Shown here: positions 29,631 to 37,904 of the stretch, in pieces
Layout of the letters: each line of letters begins with the position of its first letter
Numbering within the stretch: the stretch's first letter is position 1
DNA from: Clostridiales bacterium
Lineage (GTDB): Bacteria > Bacillota > Desulfotomaculia > Desulfotomaculales > VENG01
Assembly (NCBI GenBank): GCA_016278505.1
Contig: JADQBQ010000002.1
Span: 1,123 to 65,122, forward strand
DNA length: 64,000 bases
Reading direction: 5' to 3'
The notes under the pieces: generated by a model
Databases searched by the model: none
What the model was told of the DNA's origin: nothing
Seen by the model: only the letters and a program-made list of their open reading frames with translations
Translations under genes and position numbers: made by a program

Positions 29631-30137
29631 CTAAAGCTCCACCACCTTCGGATCAAGTATTTTGGCCCTTAATTTCAAAAAGCCGTCAATAATTGCATCG
29701 GGCCGTGGTGGACACCCGGGTACATATACATCTACCGGAATAATTTGTCTTGCACCCGGTACTACAAAATAAGAATCCACAAATGGACCGCCGGAAATAG
29801 CACAACTACCCACTGCTATACACCATTTAGGTTCTGCCATCTGCTCCCACAAACGCAACACAAATGGTGCTGACTTGGTAGTAATTGTTCCGGCAACTAC
29901 CATTACATCAGCCTGTCGCGGAGTGGGGCGCATAACCTCATAACCAAAGCGCGACAAATCATACCGGGGTCCGTTTGTACCCATCAAAGCTTCAATGGCA
30001 CAGCAGGCCAACCCAAAACCTAATGGCCAAATGGAATGTGCTCTGGCCATATTTAGGACTTTTTCCAGAGATGCAAAGTGGACAAGTCGCTTTAATTCGC
30101 TTGGCATTGGCATGCCCTTATCGTTAGTTACTTCCAT
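29631..30137 (-). CDS. nuoB: NADH-quinone oxidoreductase subunit B
   Basis: [29 protein letters not shown]. Confidence 0.95.
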   Translation of the reverse strand: MEVTNDKGMPMPSELKRLVHFASLEKVLNMARAHSIWPLGFGLACCAIEALMGTNGPRYDLSRFGYEVMRPTPRQADVMVVAGTITTKSAPFVLRLWEQMAEPKWCIAVGSCAISGGPFVDSYFVVPGARQIIPVDVYVPGCPPRPDAIIDGFLKLRAKILDPKVVEL

Positions 30138-30481
30138 TCCAATGCACCTTCCTTCCAGGCGTACCACAAACCGACAATTAGAATAAATAGAAATATCATC
30201 ATTTCAATGAACGCAAATAGCCCCAGGCTCTGATATTTTATAGCCCATGGAAACAAGTATATTGTTTCCACATCAAATATTACAAACATTAGTGCATAAA
30301 GAAAGTAAGAAGTCCTGAATCGCACCCACGTTGTGCCAATGGTGGGCACTCCACATTCATAAGCTTCAAATTTTTGATTAGCAATACTCCTGGGGTGAAT
30401 GATAAAACTTGTGACAATTCCTCCAGCGCCAAAAGCAACTGCCACTGCAAGGAAAATCAACACACCCGCCCAGTCGGACAA
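30128..30481 (-). CDS. nuoA: NADH-quinone oxidoreductase subunit A
   Basis: [21 protein letters not shown]. Confidence 0.95.
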   Translation of the reverse strand: MSDWAGVLIFLAVAVAFGAGGIVTSFIIHPRSIANQKFEAYECGVPTIGTTWVRFRTSYFLYALMFVIFDVETIYLFPWAIKYQSLGLFAFIEMMIFLFILIVGLWYAWKEGALEWK

Positions 30482-30748
30482 TGTTCTCCCCCCCTTCTTT
30501 TATTAAATACCACAAAGTTTTAAAAACAGCCCCTTTATAACCGGAGGTGTAAATGATTGTGAATTCTGTAACTCCCCAGCGTATAAAAATAAGCTAACTT
30601 CGTGGCTAAAAAAATATTAGTAAAATAATCTTACTAAGCAACTAATAAAATTGAAACAAATAAGTTTTCTAACACTTTTGCCTATTTGTAGTTTATATAA
30701 GTGAAGTTATGAACTAACTTAGACAAACATTACAAAGTAACAACGAAT

Positions 30749-31567
30749 TTACCCTTCTTTAATTTTGTTACAGTGTAAAAGACGTTTAACCGGAGCAAAA
30801 TCAGCTCGGTGAGCAGCACAAGGTCCATAAGCCTGTAGTGCCTGGAGGTGTTCTTTCGTACCATAACCTTTGTGCTTTTTAAATCCATATTGTGGGTGCA
30901 TAATGTGCAGCACCGTCATTAGTTCATCACGAGTAACCTTGGCCAGTACTGAAGCTGCCGCAATAGAGGCGGAAAGATCATCACCACCAACCAATGCTGT
31001 TTGATGCACATCAAGATCCTTGATGGGAAACCCGTCCACCAAAAGATATTCGGGCTTATACTGGAGGCCTTGGACAGCTCTTTTCATAGCCAAAAGTGAA
31101 GCCCAATAAATATTATAACACAAAATCTCGTTCACTGTGGATAGGCTAACCGACCAGTCCAAGGAGACTTCTTTTATCATTACTGCCATTTTTCTCCGGG
31201 CTTCGGGTGACAGCTTCTTGGAATCTCTTAATCCCGGTAGTTCAACAAAGCCCGGCAGCACGACTGCTGCCGCAACCACCGGTCCGGCCAAAGGGCCTCT
31301 TCCTGCTTCGTCCACACCGGCTATAATTGAAAATCCCTGATCGTATAAATCATTTTCGTGTATGAAAAGTTTTTTTAGAAACGCTAATTTTCTATCATGT
31401 TCTATAGCTTTTTGCTGAACCGAACGGTAAATATTCCTTACTCCCACCCTATGATCTACAGCAAGTGATGCAATGAATTCATTATCCAGTTGAGCACTAT
31501 GGGCAACTATTTTCTTTATTTGAGCTACCGTTAGAGTCCCCGGATCACATTTAAGCTTTTTGGGCAT
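30749..31567 (-). CDS. rnhB: Ribonuclease HII
   Basis: GVDEAGRGPLAGPV, DSKKL, IAAASVLAKVTRD, HKGYGT. Confidence 0.95.
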   Translation of the reverse strand: MPKKLKCDPGTLTVAQIKKIVAHSAQLDNEFIASLAVDHRVGVRNIYRSVQQKAIEHDRKLAFLKKLFIHENDLYDQGFSIIAGVDEAGRGPLAGPVVAAAVVLPGFVELPGLRDSKKLSPEARRKMAVMIKEVSLDWSVSLSTVNEILCYNIYWASLLAMKRAVQGLQYKPEYLLVDGFPIKDLDVHQTALVGGDDLSASIAAASVLAKVTRDELMTVLHIMHPQYGFKKHKGYGTKEHLQALQAYGPCAAHRADFAPVKRLLHCNKIKEG

Positions 31568-31648
31568 CTTATTTCTCCGGCGCAAAAGTGTAAAACTTAA
31601 TAAGATTTTCTCGGTTTATAAATAAATCCCTGCTCGCAATCACAAATT

Positions 31649-32512
31649 TTAACTCTTTTTTGTTAGCTGTGGAGGCATTTCCAGTGTAAAACACCCTAAC
31701 TTACCCTCACGAAATTCTTTTAATATATGGACAGAGGCTTTATACATATCCACTTTTCCGCCAGAGATAATAAATCCCCGCCTGTGGGCCACTTGTTCTA
31801 TGATTTCATTTACTTCATCAATTACTCCATTATCGTCTGACAAATTATACCTATCTCTTAACACACCTGGATGATTTGTCTCAAACCATTGAATCAATCC
31901 AGCTGCTACATCCTCACTGGAGAAAACCTCTTCTTTTATAGCCCCAATAGCAGCCAAACGGAACCCCACTTCAGGATCATCAAACTTAGGCCATAGAATC
32001 CCGGGAGTATCGAGTAATTCCACTTTTTTACTAACACGTATCCATTGCTGCCCTTTAGTTACACCGGGCTTGTTTCCTGTACGGGCAGCTTTTTGCCGCA
32101 CCAAACTGTTAATAAATAATGATTTACCTACATTGGGAATCCCAACAATCATACACCTGACCGGCCTTGCTCTTCCCGTGGCCGTGGCCTTCATCTTTGC
32201 AGGTGCCAGCTTGATAACCGCGTCCGGAACCTTGTTTATACCGTGGCCGGTACGCGAATTAACCACTAAAGAAACACCCTCAGGACATATACCGCGCGCC
32301 CACAATTCCGTTAGCCTTTTATCTGCCAGGTCAGATTTATTTAATACTACCAACTGCGGTTTACGGCCTATAATCTTGTTAACCATGGGGTTACGGCTGC
32401 TGAGCGGAGCGCGCGCATCCACCAGTTCAATAACAACATCTACCAGTTTCAAATTCTGCTCAACCAATCTGCGGGCTTTGGCCATATGACCTGGGTACCA
32501 CTGAATATTCAT
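31649..32512 (-). CDS. rbgA: Ribosome biogenesis GTPase RbgA/YlqF
   Basis: IQWYPGHMAKA, NKSD, GIPNVGKS, LLDTPGILWPK. Confidence 0.95.
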   Translation of the reverse strand: MNIQWYPGHMAKARRLVEQNLKLVDVVIELVDARAPLSSRNPMVNKIIGRKPQLVVLNKSDLADKRLTELWARGICPEGVSLVVNSRTGHGINKVPDAVIKLAPAKMKATATGRARPVRCMIVGIPNVGKSLFINSLVRQKAARTGNKPGVTKGQQWIRVSKKVELLDTPGILWPKFDDPEVGFRLAAIGAIKEEVFSSEDVAAGLIQWFETNHPGVLRDRYNLSDDNGVIDEVNEIIEQVAHRRGFIISGGKVDMYKASVHILKEFREGKLGCFTLEMPPQLTKKS

Positions 32513-32579
32513 GGTCTCACTTCCGACTATTGTTTATTAAAGTATACTACCCTTAATTCCATAAGTTGATTATATATTG

Positions 32580-33155
32580 CTACTTTAGAAGGCCGATCCT
32601 TCCCGGAGGCCAATATACAACCACGGCCTCTCCAATCACATACTCTTCCGGCAACGGGCCCCACCTCCTGCTGTCGTCACTGTTATTACGATTATCGCCC
32701 ATCATAAAATAGTTGTCTTCAGGCACCTTAACCGGACCAAAATCAGGGAACCTCAAGTCATCCGGCAGGTAGTTTTCTTCAACAGGTGTTCCGTCAATAT
32801 AGAGCTGGCTGTCGCGGAAAGACACTGTTTGCCCTCCAACAGCTATAACCCTTTTTACGAAGTCCCTGTCAGGGTCCAAAGGAAACCTGAAAACCATTAC
32901 ATCTCCACGGGCAGGCTCAGTAAAATGATAATTTAATTTACTTACAATGATTCGATCACCAATTTGTAGTGTCGGCTCCATGGAACCGGAGGGAATATAG
33001 AAAGGACTGAAAATAAATATGCGTATTAAAGAGGCCAGTATGACAGCAATAACCACTGACTCCAATATCTCCACAAAGGCTGATTTACGGCGTTTGTCCC
33101 TTACTTTAAGCTTAGCATCATTAACTTTATCGTGATCGTTATCTGCCTGCAACAT
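32580..33155 (-). CDS. lepB: Signal peptidase I
   Basis: IPSGSMEPTL, FVKRVI, MGDNRNNSDDSR. Confidence 0.95.
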   Translation of the reverse strand: MLQADNDHDKVNDAKLKVRDKRRKSAFVEILESVVIAVILASLIRIFIFSPFYIPSGSMEPTLQIGDRIIVSKLNYHFTEPARGDVMVFRFPLDPDRDFVKRVIAVGGQTVSFRDSQLYIDGTPVEENYLPDDLRFPDFGPVKVPEDNYFMMGDNRNNSDDSRRWGPLPEEYVIGEAVVVYWPPGRIGLLK

Positions 33156-33237
33156 TTTTATCTCCCCGTAGCATAAATTTACCTTTAAGTAAATAAGTGT
33201 ATCTTGTGCGGAGTTTTCGCACAACCTCTTTAATTAT

Positions 33238-33263
33238 AAAAAGGGACTGGCTGGCAGTCCCTT
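33238..33263 (-). terminator. Terminator after rplS
   Basis: AAGGGACTG-loop-CAGTCCCTT with a T tract on the minus strand. Confidence 0.7.
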
Positions 33264-33265
33264 AA

Positions 33266-33613
33266 TTAATATCTTCTTCTTTCCTTAACGCGGGCTGCTT
33301 TACCTCTGCGCTCACGCAAATAATAAAGCCTGGCTCTGCGCACACGACCACGTCTGGAAACCTCAATTTTAGCAATCCTGGGCGAGTGCAGGGGAAAAGT
33401 GCGCTCCACACCTACTCCATACGAAACCCTTCTAACGGTGAAAGTCTCGCTTATACTGGACCCCTTGCGACGAATAACCACACCTTCAAACACCTGAATG
33501 CGTTCCCTGGTGCCTTCCACAACTTTCACATGGACCTTAACTGTATCTCCCGGCTGAAAGTTAGGAATGTCATTCTTAAGCTGTTCCTTTTCTATTACAT
33601 CAACTAAATTCAA
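33266..33613 (-). CDS. rplS: 50S ribosomal protein L19
   Basis: [36 protein letters not shown]. Confidence 0.98.
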   Translation of the reverse strand: MNLVDVIEKEQLKNDIPNFQPGDTVKVHVKVVEGTRERIQVFEGVVIRRKGSSISETFTVRRVSYGVGVERTFPLHSPRIAKIEVSRRGRVRRARLYYLRERRGKAARVKERRRY

Positions 33614-33635
33614 TTTATGTACCCCCTTTTCTGAA

Positions 33636-33672
33636 GATGTTCATGCCTTAATATCTAAGACAGCGGACCATC
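33636..33672 (-). ncRNA. L19 leader RNA
   Basis: GATGGTCCGCTGTCTT...AAGGCATGAACATC upstream of rplS, resembling the Firmicutes L19_leader motif. Confidence 0.75.
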
Positions 33673-33689
33673 TTTTATCAACAATCGAA

Positions 33690-33718
33690 ATTATAGCACA
33701 ATTTTTTTCCAGGTGCAA
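33690..33718 (-). promoter_or_regulatory. Sigma-A promoter of rplS
   Basis: TTGCAC-17-TATAAT with extended -10 TG. Confidence 0.75.
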
Positions 33719-33727
33719 CAAGTTATC

Positions 33728-34477
33728 TTAGGTGCAACTGTCCAAGGTTTTCTTAAGTTCTTTAAGGAATGCCTTGTCCCGTGCGGTTAACAGGTCACCT
33801 TCCAACAAATCCGGCCTTCTGACCATAGTCCTAATTAAAGATTCCTTACGCCGCCAATCTCGAATGAGCTGATGATGACCGCTGGTAAGTACATCCGGCA
33901 CTTCCATCCCCCTAAATTCACGCGGGCGAGTATAATGAGGATATTCCAAAAGGCCATTATAAAAGGAATCTTCTTCAGCAGATGTCCTTTCTCCCAAGAC
34001 ATCTGGAACCAGCCTTGCCACGGCATCAATCACTACCATAGCCGGAAGTTCACCGCCGGTGAGAACAAAGTCACCTATGGAAACTTCATCCGTTACCAGC
34101 TGTTCATGTATGCGCTCATCAAAACCCTCGTAGTGTCCGCAAATAATTACCAGATGATCCTCCCGGGCAATTTCCTTGGCAAATTCCTGATTAAATGGCC
34201 TACCGGTAGGACACATAATCATAACACGCCCGGCAAAACCGCCTGACTGGCGACCTATGTAATCCATAGCATTAAAAACCGGCTCAGGACCGATAACCAT
34301 CCCCGCTCCTCCACCAAACGGCGTATCATCCACGGTACGGTGTTTGGTGGTGGAAAAATCTCTGATGTTAACAATATTAATATTGATTAAGTCTTTCTCT
34401 CTCGCCCTTTTAACAATACTGGCATCAAAAGGACCTTGAAACATTTCCGGAAACAAGGTGAGAATGTCTATTATCAA
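33728..34477 (-). CDS. trmD: tRNA (guanine-N1)-methyltransferase
   Basis: TLFPEMF, VDDTPFGGGAGM, CGHYEG.DER, SIGDFVLTGGE, LEYPHYTRP. Confidence 0.97.
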   Translation of the reverse strand: MIIDILTLFPEMFQGPFDASIVKRAREKDLININIVNIRDFSTTKHRTVDDTPFGGGAGMVIGPEPVFNAMDYIGRQSGGFAGRVMIMCPTGRPFNQEFAKEIAREDHLVIICGHYEGFDERIHEQLVTDEVSIGDFVLTGGELPAMVVIDAVARLVPDVLGERTSAEEDSFYNGLLEYPHYTRPREFRGMEVPDVLTSGHHQLIRDWRRKESLIRTMVRRPDLLEGDLLTARDKAFLKELKKTLDSCT

Positions 34478-34490
34478 TGGTTACACCTCG

Positions 34491-35009
34491 TCAAAGTTCC
34501 AACCCCTCGGGTAATTGTACCACTATGTTCCCAGCCTCCGGGTCCATATGGTGCACAACTGTTTTTAAAGCCGGAACTAAAAGTGGTTTGCGGCGTCCTT
34601 CTCCTTCCACCACATAAACATCATTTGCACCGGTTCTTATAACATCTTTTACTTCACCAAGGAGTTCTCCTTCCCTGGTATATACCTTGCAACCTAATAT
34701 CTCGAAAACATAGTAGGTTTGTTCGGGAAGATCCATGGCCTGCTCTCGGTAGACTTGCAGCAAAGCACCCTTATACTTTGCTGCTTCGTTGATGTCTTGA
34801 ATTTCCCGAAACCGTATAACTATAAACCTTTTATTGCGAAAAGCCTCTTCTATGTGTAAGATTTCCCTCTTGTTTCGGTGCAACACCAAAACCTCATCCA
34901 TATCAAAAAAGCGGTCAGGAAAATCCGTGAGAGGCAGAATACGTAGCATTCCATGTCTGCCCTGAGTATTTGCTATTTTACCCACCGTTATATATCGGAC
35001 ATCCTGCAT
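34491..35009 (-). CDS. rimM: 16S rRNA processing protein RimM
   Basis: VGKIANTQG, TDFPDRF, TGANDVYVV, PEGL; position between khpA and trmD. Confidence 0.93.
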   Translation of the reverse strand: MQDVRYITVGKIANTQGRHGMLRILPLTDFPDRFFDMDEVLVLHRNKREILHIEEAFRNKRFIVIRFREIQDINEAAKYKGALLQVYREQAMDLPEQTYYVFEILGCKVYTREGELLGEVKDVIRTGANDVYVVEGEGRRKPLLVPALKTVVHHMDPEAGNIVVQLPEGLEL

Positions 35010-35094
35010 CCCATGGAAGTCCTCCTTGCCAACCCCTGTATACTAATTAAAGAGGTGTAATACCCTGGTAAATGCCAGGAACTTACCCTGGTGT

Positions 35095-35328
35095 CTAGAT
35101 ACTATCAATTTCCACAAATACTTTCTTCCGCTCTTTAATGGCAGCAGCTTTTACAACTGTACGCATTGCCTTAGCAATACGTCCGTGTTTGCCAATAACC
35201 TTACCCATATCTTCTGGCGCAACCCTTAATTGAATGACACTGGATTTCTCTTTCTCTGTCACATTTACCGAAACATGCTCGGGCTGGTCTACCAGGGCTT
35301 TGGCCAAGATTTCAACCAATTCTTCCAT
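35095..35328 (-). CDS. khpA: KH domain RNA-binding protein KhpA/YlqC
   Basis: LVDQPE, DMGKVIGKHGRIAKA. Confidence 0.93.
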   Translation of the reverse strand: MEELVEILAKALVDQPEHVSVNVTEKEKSSVIQLRVAPEDMGKVIGKHGRIAKAMRTVVKAAAIKERKKVFVEIDSI

Positions 35329-35346
35329 AGAGATAGACCTCCTCAA

Positions 35347-35607
35347 TTATTCCCCTGCTGGTTTATTAAGAACGCCTGCCTTGTTAAATAAGTCTCTGAC
35401 AGTACCGGTAAGCTGTGCCCCTTTACCAATCCAGTCTCTCGCCTTGACCTCGTCAATCTTAATTTCTACCGGCTCTTTAAGCGGATTATAATAACCAAGT
35501 TCCTCAATAAACCTACCATCACGGGGCGAACGAGAATCAGATACCACTATCCTATAAATGGGATTCTTTTTAGCTCCAATCCTTTTCAATCTAATTTTAA
35601 CGGCCAC
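35347..35607 (-). CDS. rpsP: 30S ribosomal protein S16
   Basis: [29 protein letters not shown]. Confidence 0.98.
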   Translation of the reverse strand: MAVKIRLKRIGAKKNPIYRIVVSDSRSPRDGRFIEELGYYNPLKEPVEIKIDEVKARDWIGKGAQLTGTVRDLFNKAGVLNKPAGE

Positions 35608-35642
35608 CTTGTTGTCACCTCCTTTTTAAAGTATAGGCCATC

Positions 35643-35933
35643 CTAGGGACCGAACGGTCCTCTCAGGTTGTTGACAAAGCTGTGTGGTTAACCTGTCTTT
35701 TGCGCCCGCTCATTGCAATTCATCTCGCAGGCCAGGCTAAGGCTCAGTCTCACGCTCCAGCGGGATTCCCGCCCCATTCGCCGTCCTGGCTCAGGGGGCG
35801 GCCTCGCACGTCCTGTGCTCGGTCCCGCTTCCGCTTATCGACTTCGCCAAGCCTGGCTAGCTGCTCGATTCAATGCATTCGCTATGCGCAAAAGACAGGT
35901 TTGTCATCATCCTCTAGGGACCGAAAGGTCCTC
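35643..35933. mobile_element. MITE-like structured element, copy 1, with outer inverted repeats and a 20-bp flanking duplication
   Basis: Direct repeats CTAGGGACCGAA(C/A)GGTCCTC at 35643-35662 and 35914-35933; outer IR AGGTTGTTGACAAA (35665-35678)/TTTGTCATCATCCT (35900-35913); perfect 16-bp inner IR 35690-35705/35886-35901; homologous copy at 39396. Confidence 0.75.
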
Positions 35934-37284
35934 CTTTTTTGCCCATCATTAAGGGGTTTTTACCTGCTTTCCCCTTTTTCATAGACTTTTCTGCATCCAT
36001 AAGCTGTTTCATCATTTTTTTGGTCTGTCCAAACTGTTTTAGTAGCCGATTCACATCCTGCACCCTGGTGCCGCTACCACGGGCAATGCGCTTTTTCCTG
36101 CTGCCGCTGATCTCAGAGGGATTTTGCCTTTCGAAGGGAGTCATAGAATTAATGATTGCTTCTACGTAAACCAGTTCCTTCTCGTCTATATGCATGTCTT
36201 TTAATTTTTTATTGTTTCCCAGTCCCGGAATCATACCCATTATTTGGTCGATAGGACCTAGCTTTTTAACCTGCTGTAGTTGGTCTACAAAATCATCCAA
36301 TGTAAACTCCATACTACGAATGCGTTTATTTAACTTGGATACTTTTTCCTGATCGAAATTATCCTGAGCCTTTTCTATTAGGGTAAGCATATCCCCCATG
36401 CCCAATATACGGTCTGCCATCCGGTTAGGGTGGAATGTCTCCAGGGCATCCAGCTTTTCCCCAATGCCTACAAATTTGATTGGACGGCCCGTTACGGCTT
36501 TTACCGATAAAGCCGCTCCTCCCCGGGCATCCCCGTCCAGTTTGGTCAAAACCACTCCGTCCAGCTCAAGCCGCTCGTTAAATGTATTAGCCACATTGAC
36601 TGCATCCTGCCCGGTCATGGCGTCAACCACCAGTAAAATTTCATCCGGCTTTATCTCTGATTTAACGGCAAATAACTCTTCCATTAATTCCTCATCAATA
36701 TGAAGACGTCCAGCGGTATCAATAATCACTACATCTTGGCCATTATTGATTGCACTTTCTTTAGCTGCCCTGGCAATGGCTGGTGGCCGCTGTTTGTCAC
36801 CCATGGAGAAAACCGGCATGTCAAGTTGACTACCCAACACTTCCAATTGTTTTATTGCCGCCGGCCTGTATATATCCCCTGCTACCAATAGGGGCTTGCG
36901 ACCCTGTTTACGCAGTAACCTGGCCAACTTTGCAGAGGTGGTGGTTTTACCTGCGCCTTGCAGCCCCACCATCATGATCACGGTTGGAGGTTTGGAAGCC
37001 ATATTAATTTTACTTTCTTCGCCTCCCATAAGGCCAACCAGCTCATCATGTACAATTTTTATCACCTGTTGGGCGGGGGTCAAACTATCCAGAACATCGT
37101 GCCCTACCGCTCTTTCTCGGACTCGTTTCATAAAATCTTTTACCACTTGAAAGTTAACATCAGCGGATAAAAGAGCCCGGCGAACTTCTTTAAGAGCTAA
37201 GTCTACATCCGACTCATTTAGTTTTCCCTTGCTTTTAAGCTTTTTAAAGGCATCTTGAAGCCTTTCAGCCAGACTGGAAAACAC
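35914..37284 (-). CDS. ffh: Signal recognition particle protein Ffh
   Basis: GLQGAGKTT, DTAGR, TKLDGDARGG, AIINSMT..ER, RIARGSG. Confidence 0.98.
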   Translation of the reverse strand: MFSSLAERLQDAFKKLKSKGKLNESDVDLALKEVRRALLSADVNFQVVKDFMKRVRERAVGHDVLDSLTPAQQVIKIVHDELVGLMGGEESKINMASKPPTVIMMVGLQGAGKTTTSAKLARLLRKQGRKPLLVAGDIYRPAAIKQLEVLGSQLDMPVFSMGDKQRPPAIARAAKESAINNGQDVVIIDTAGRLHIDEELMEELFAVKSEIKPDEILLVVDAMTGQDAVNVANTFNERLELDGVVLTKLDGDARGGAALSVKAVTGRPIKFVGIGEKLDALETFHPNRMADRILGMGDMLTLIEKAQDNFDQEKVSKLNKRIRSMEFTLDDFVDQLQQVKKLGPIDQIMGMIPGLGNNKKLKDMHIDEKELVYVEAIINSMTPFERQNPSEISGSRKKRIARGSGTRVQDVNRLLKQFGQTKKMMKQLMDAEKSMKKGKAGKNPLMMGKKGGPFGP

Positions 37285-37350
37285 TTAACATCCCCCTAGA
37301 AATAACTACCGCAGGGTAACCCCCTTGGTAATACTAATCTAAAAAAAATA

Positions 37351-37704
37351 CTATTCTTCACTGCTAATTTCAAGCATCCTCTCTAACATTTGCCTTGCTT
37401 TTACCACTGACTCGGCACTACCTTTAATTTCTGATTCATCCAGCAATCTGGCAACTTCCGACAGCTTTTTTCTCTGATCCAAGAATCGTTTCACCAGACC
37501 GAGCTTATCTTCGTAATCACTTAAAACTTTTTCCGATCTTTTAAGACTATCATATACCGCTTGTCTACTAACATCATAGTTCTCAGCTATTTCACCCAGC
37601 GATAAATCATGTCCATAGTACAGATCAATAAAACTTTTCTGTTTTTTGGTTAGTAATTGTCCGTAAAAATCAAATAGTAAAGCCATCCAGGCCACTTTGT
37701 CCAT
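37351..37704 (-). CDS. ylxM: YlxM family SRP-associated protein
   Basis: LFDFYGQLLT.KQ, DLSLGEIAE..VSRQAVYD, YEDKLGL. Confidence 0.93.
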   Translation of the reverse strand: MDKVAWMALLFDFYGQLLTKKQKSFIDLYYGHDLSLGEIAENYDVSRQAVYDSLKRSEKVLSDYEDKLGLVKRFLDQRKKLSEVARLLDESEIKGSAESVVKARQMLERMLEISSEE

Positions 37705-37747
37705 ATTCATCCCTTTTTCACTATAAAGGCAATATACTTTACACCAG

Positions 37748-37776
37748 ATTGTAGCGGAACTTACTCCTGTTGTCAA
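37748..37776 (-). promoter_or_regulatory. Sigma-A promoter of ylxM-ffh
   Basis: TTGACA-17-TACAAT. Confidence 0.8.
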
Positions 37777-37823
37777 GGCTTTTAACTTTAAGTTGGCCTG
37801 CTAGTGCATGTTATTGCATAAAA

Positions 37824-37883
37824 TTGACAGGCGCTGATTGCCGTGATAAATTTATAAATAAGTTTGTGCACAATCTTTGCACA
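37824..37883 (+). promoter_or_regulatory. Sigma-A promoter plus palindromic operator for the aminotransferase
   Basis: TTGACA (37824), 17 bp, TG-extended TAAATT (37847); TGTGCA-N7-TGCACA at 37865-37883. Confidence 0.6.
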
Positions 37884-37904
37884 TTAGTGAGGTGAATAGA
37901 TTAG

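Noticed and set aside
28015-30137. Group 4 [NiFe]-hydrogenase (Ech/Hyf) interpretation of the nuo-like cluster
   Set aside because: The large subunit lacks both CxxC Ni-binding motifs, and NuoB has the tandem CC of complex I.
30617-30637. FapR box upstream of nuoA
   Set aside because: It shares TTAGTA/TACTAA arms but spans 21 bp rather than the 17 bp of the real FapR operator at 54689.
35682-35984. ORFs 35682-35984 and 35713-35952 (and 39334-39696, 39520-39714)
   Set aside because: They lie within the GC-rich structured repeat. Indels between the two copies shift the frames, so they are not conserved proteins.
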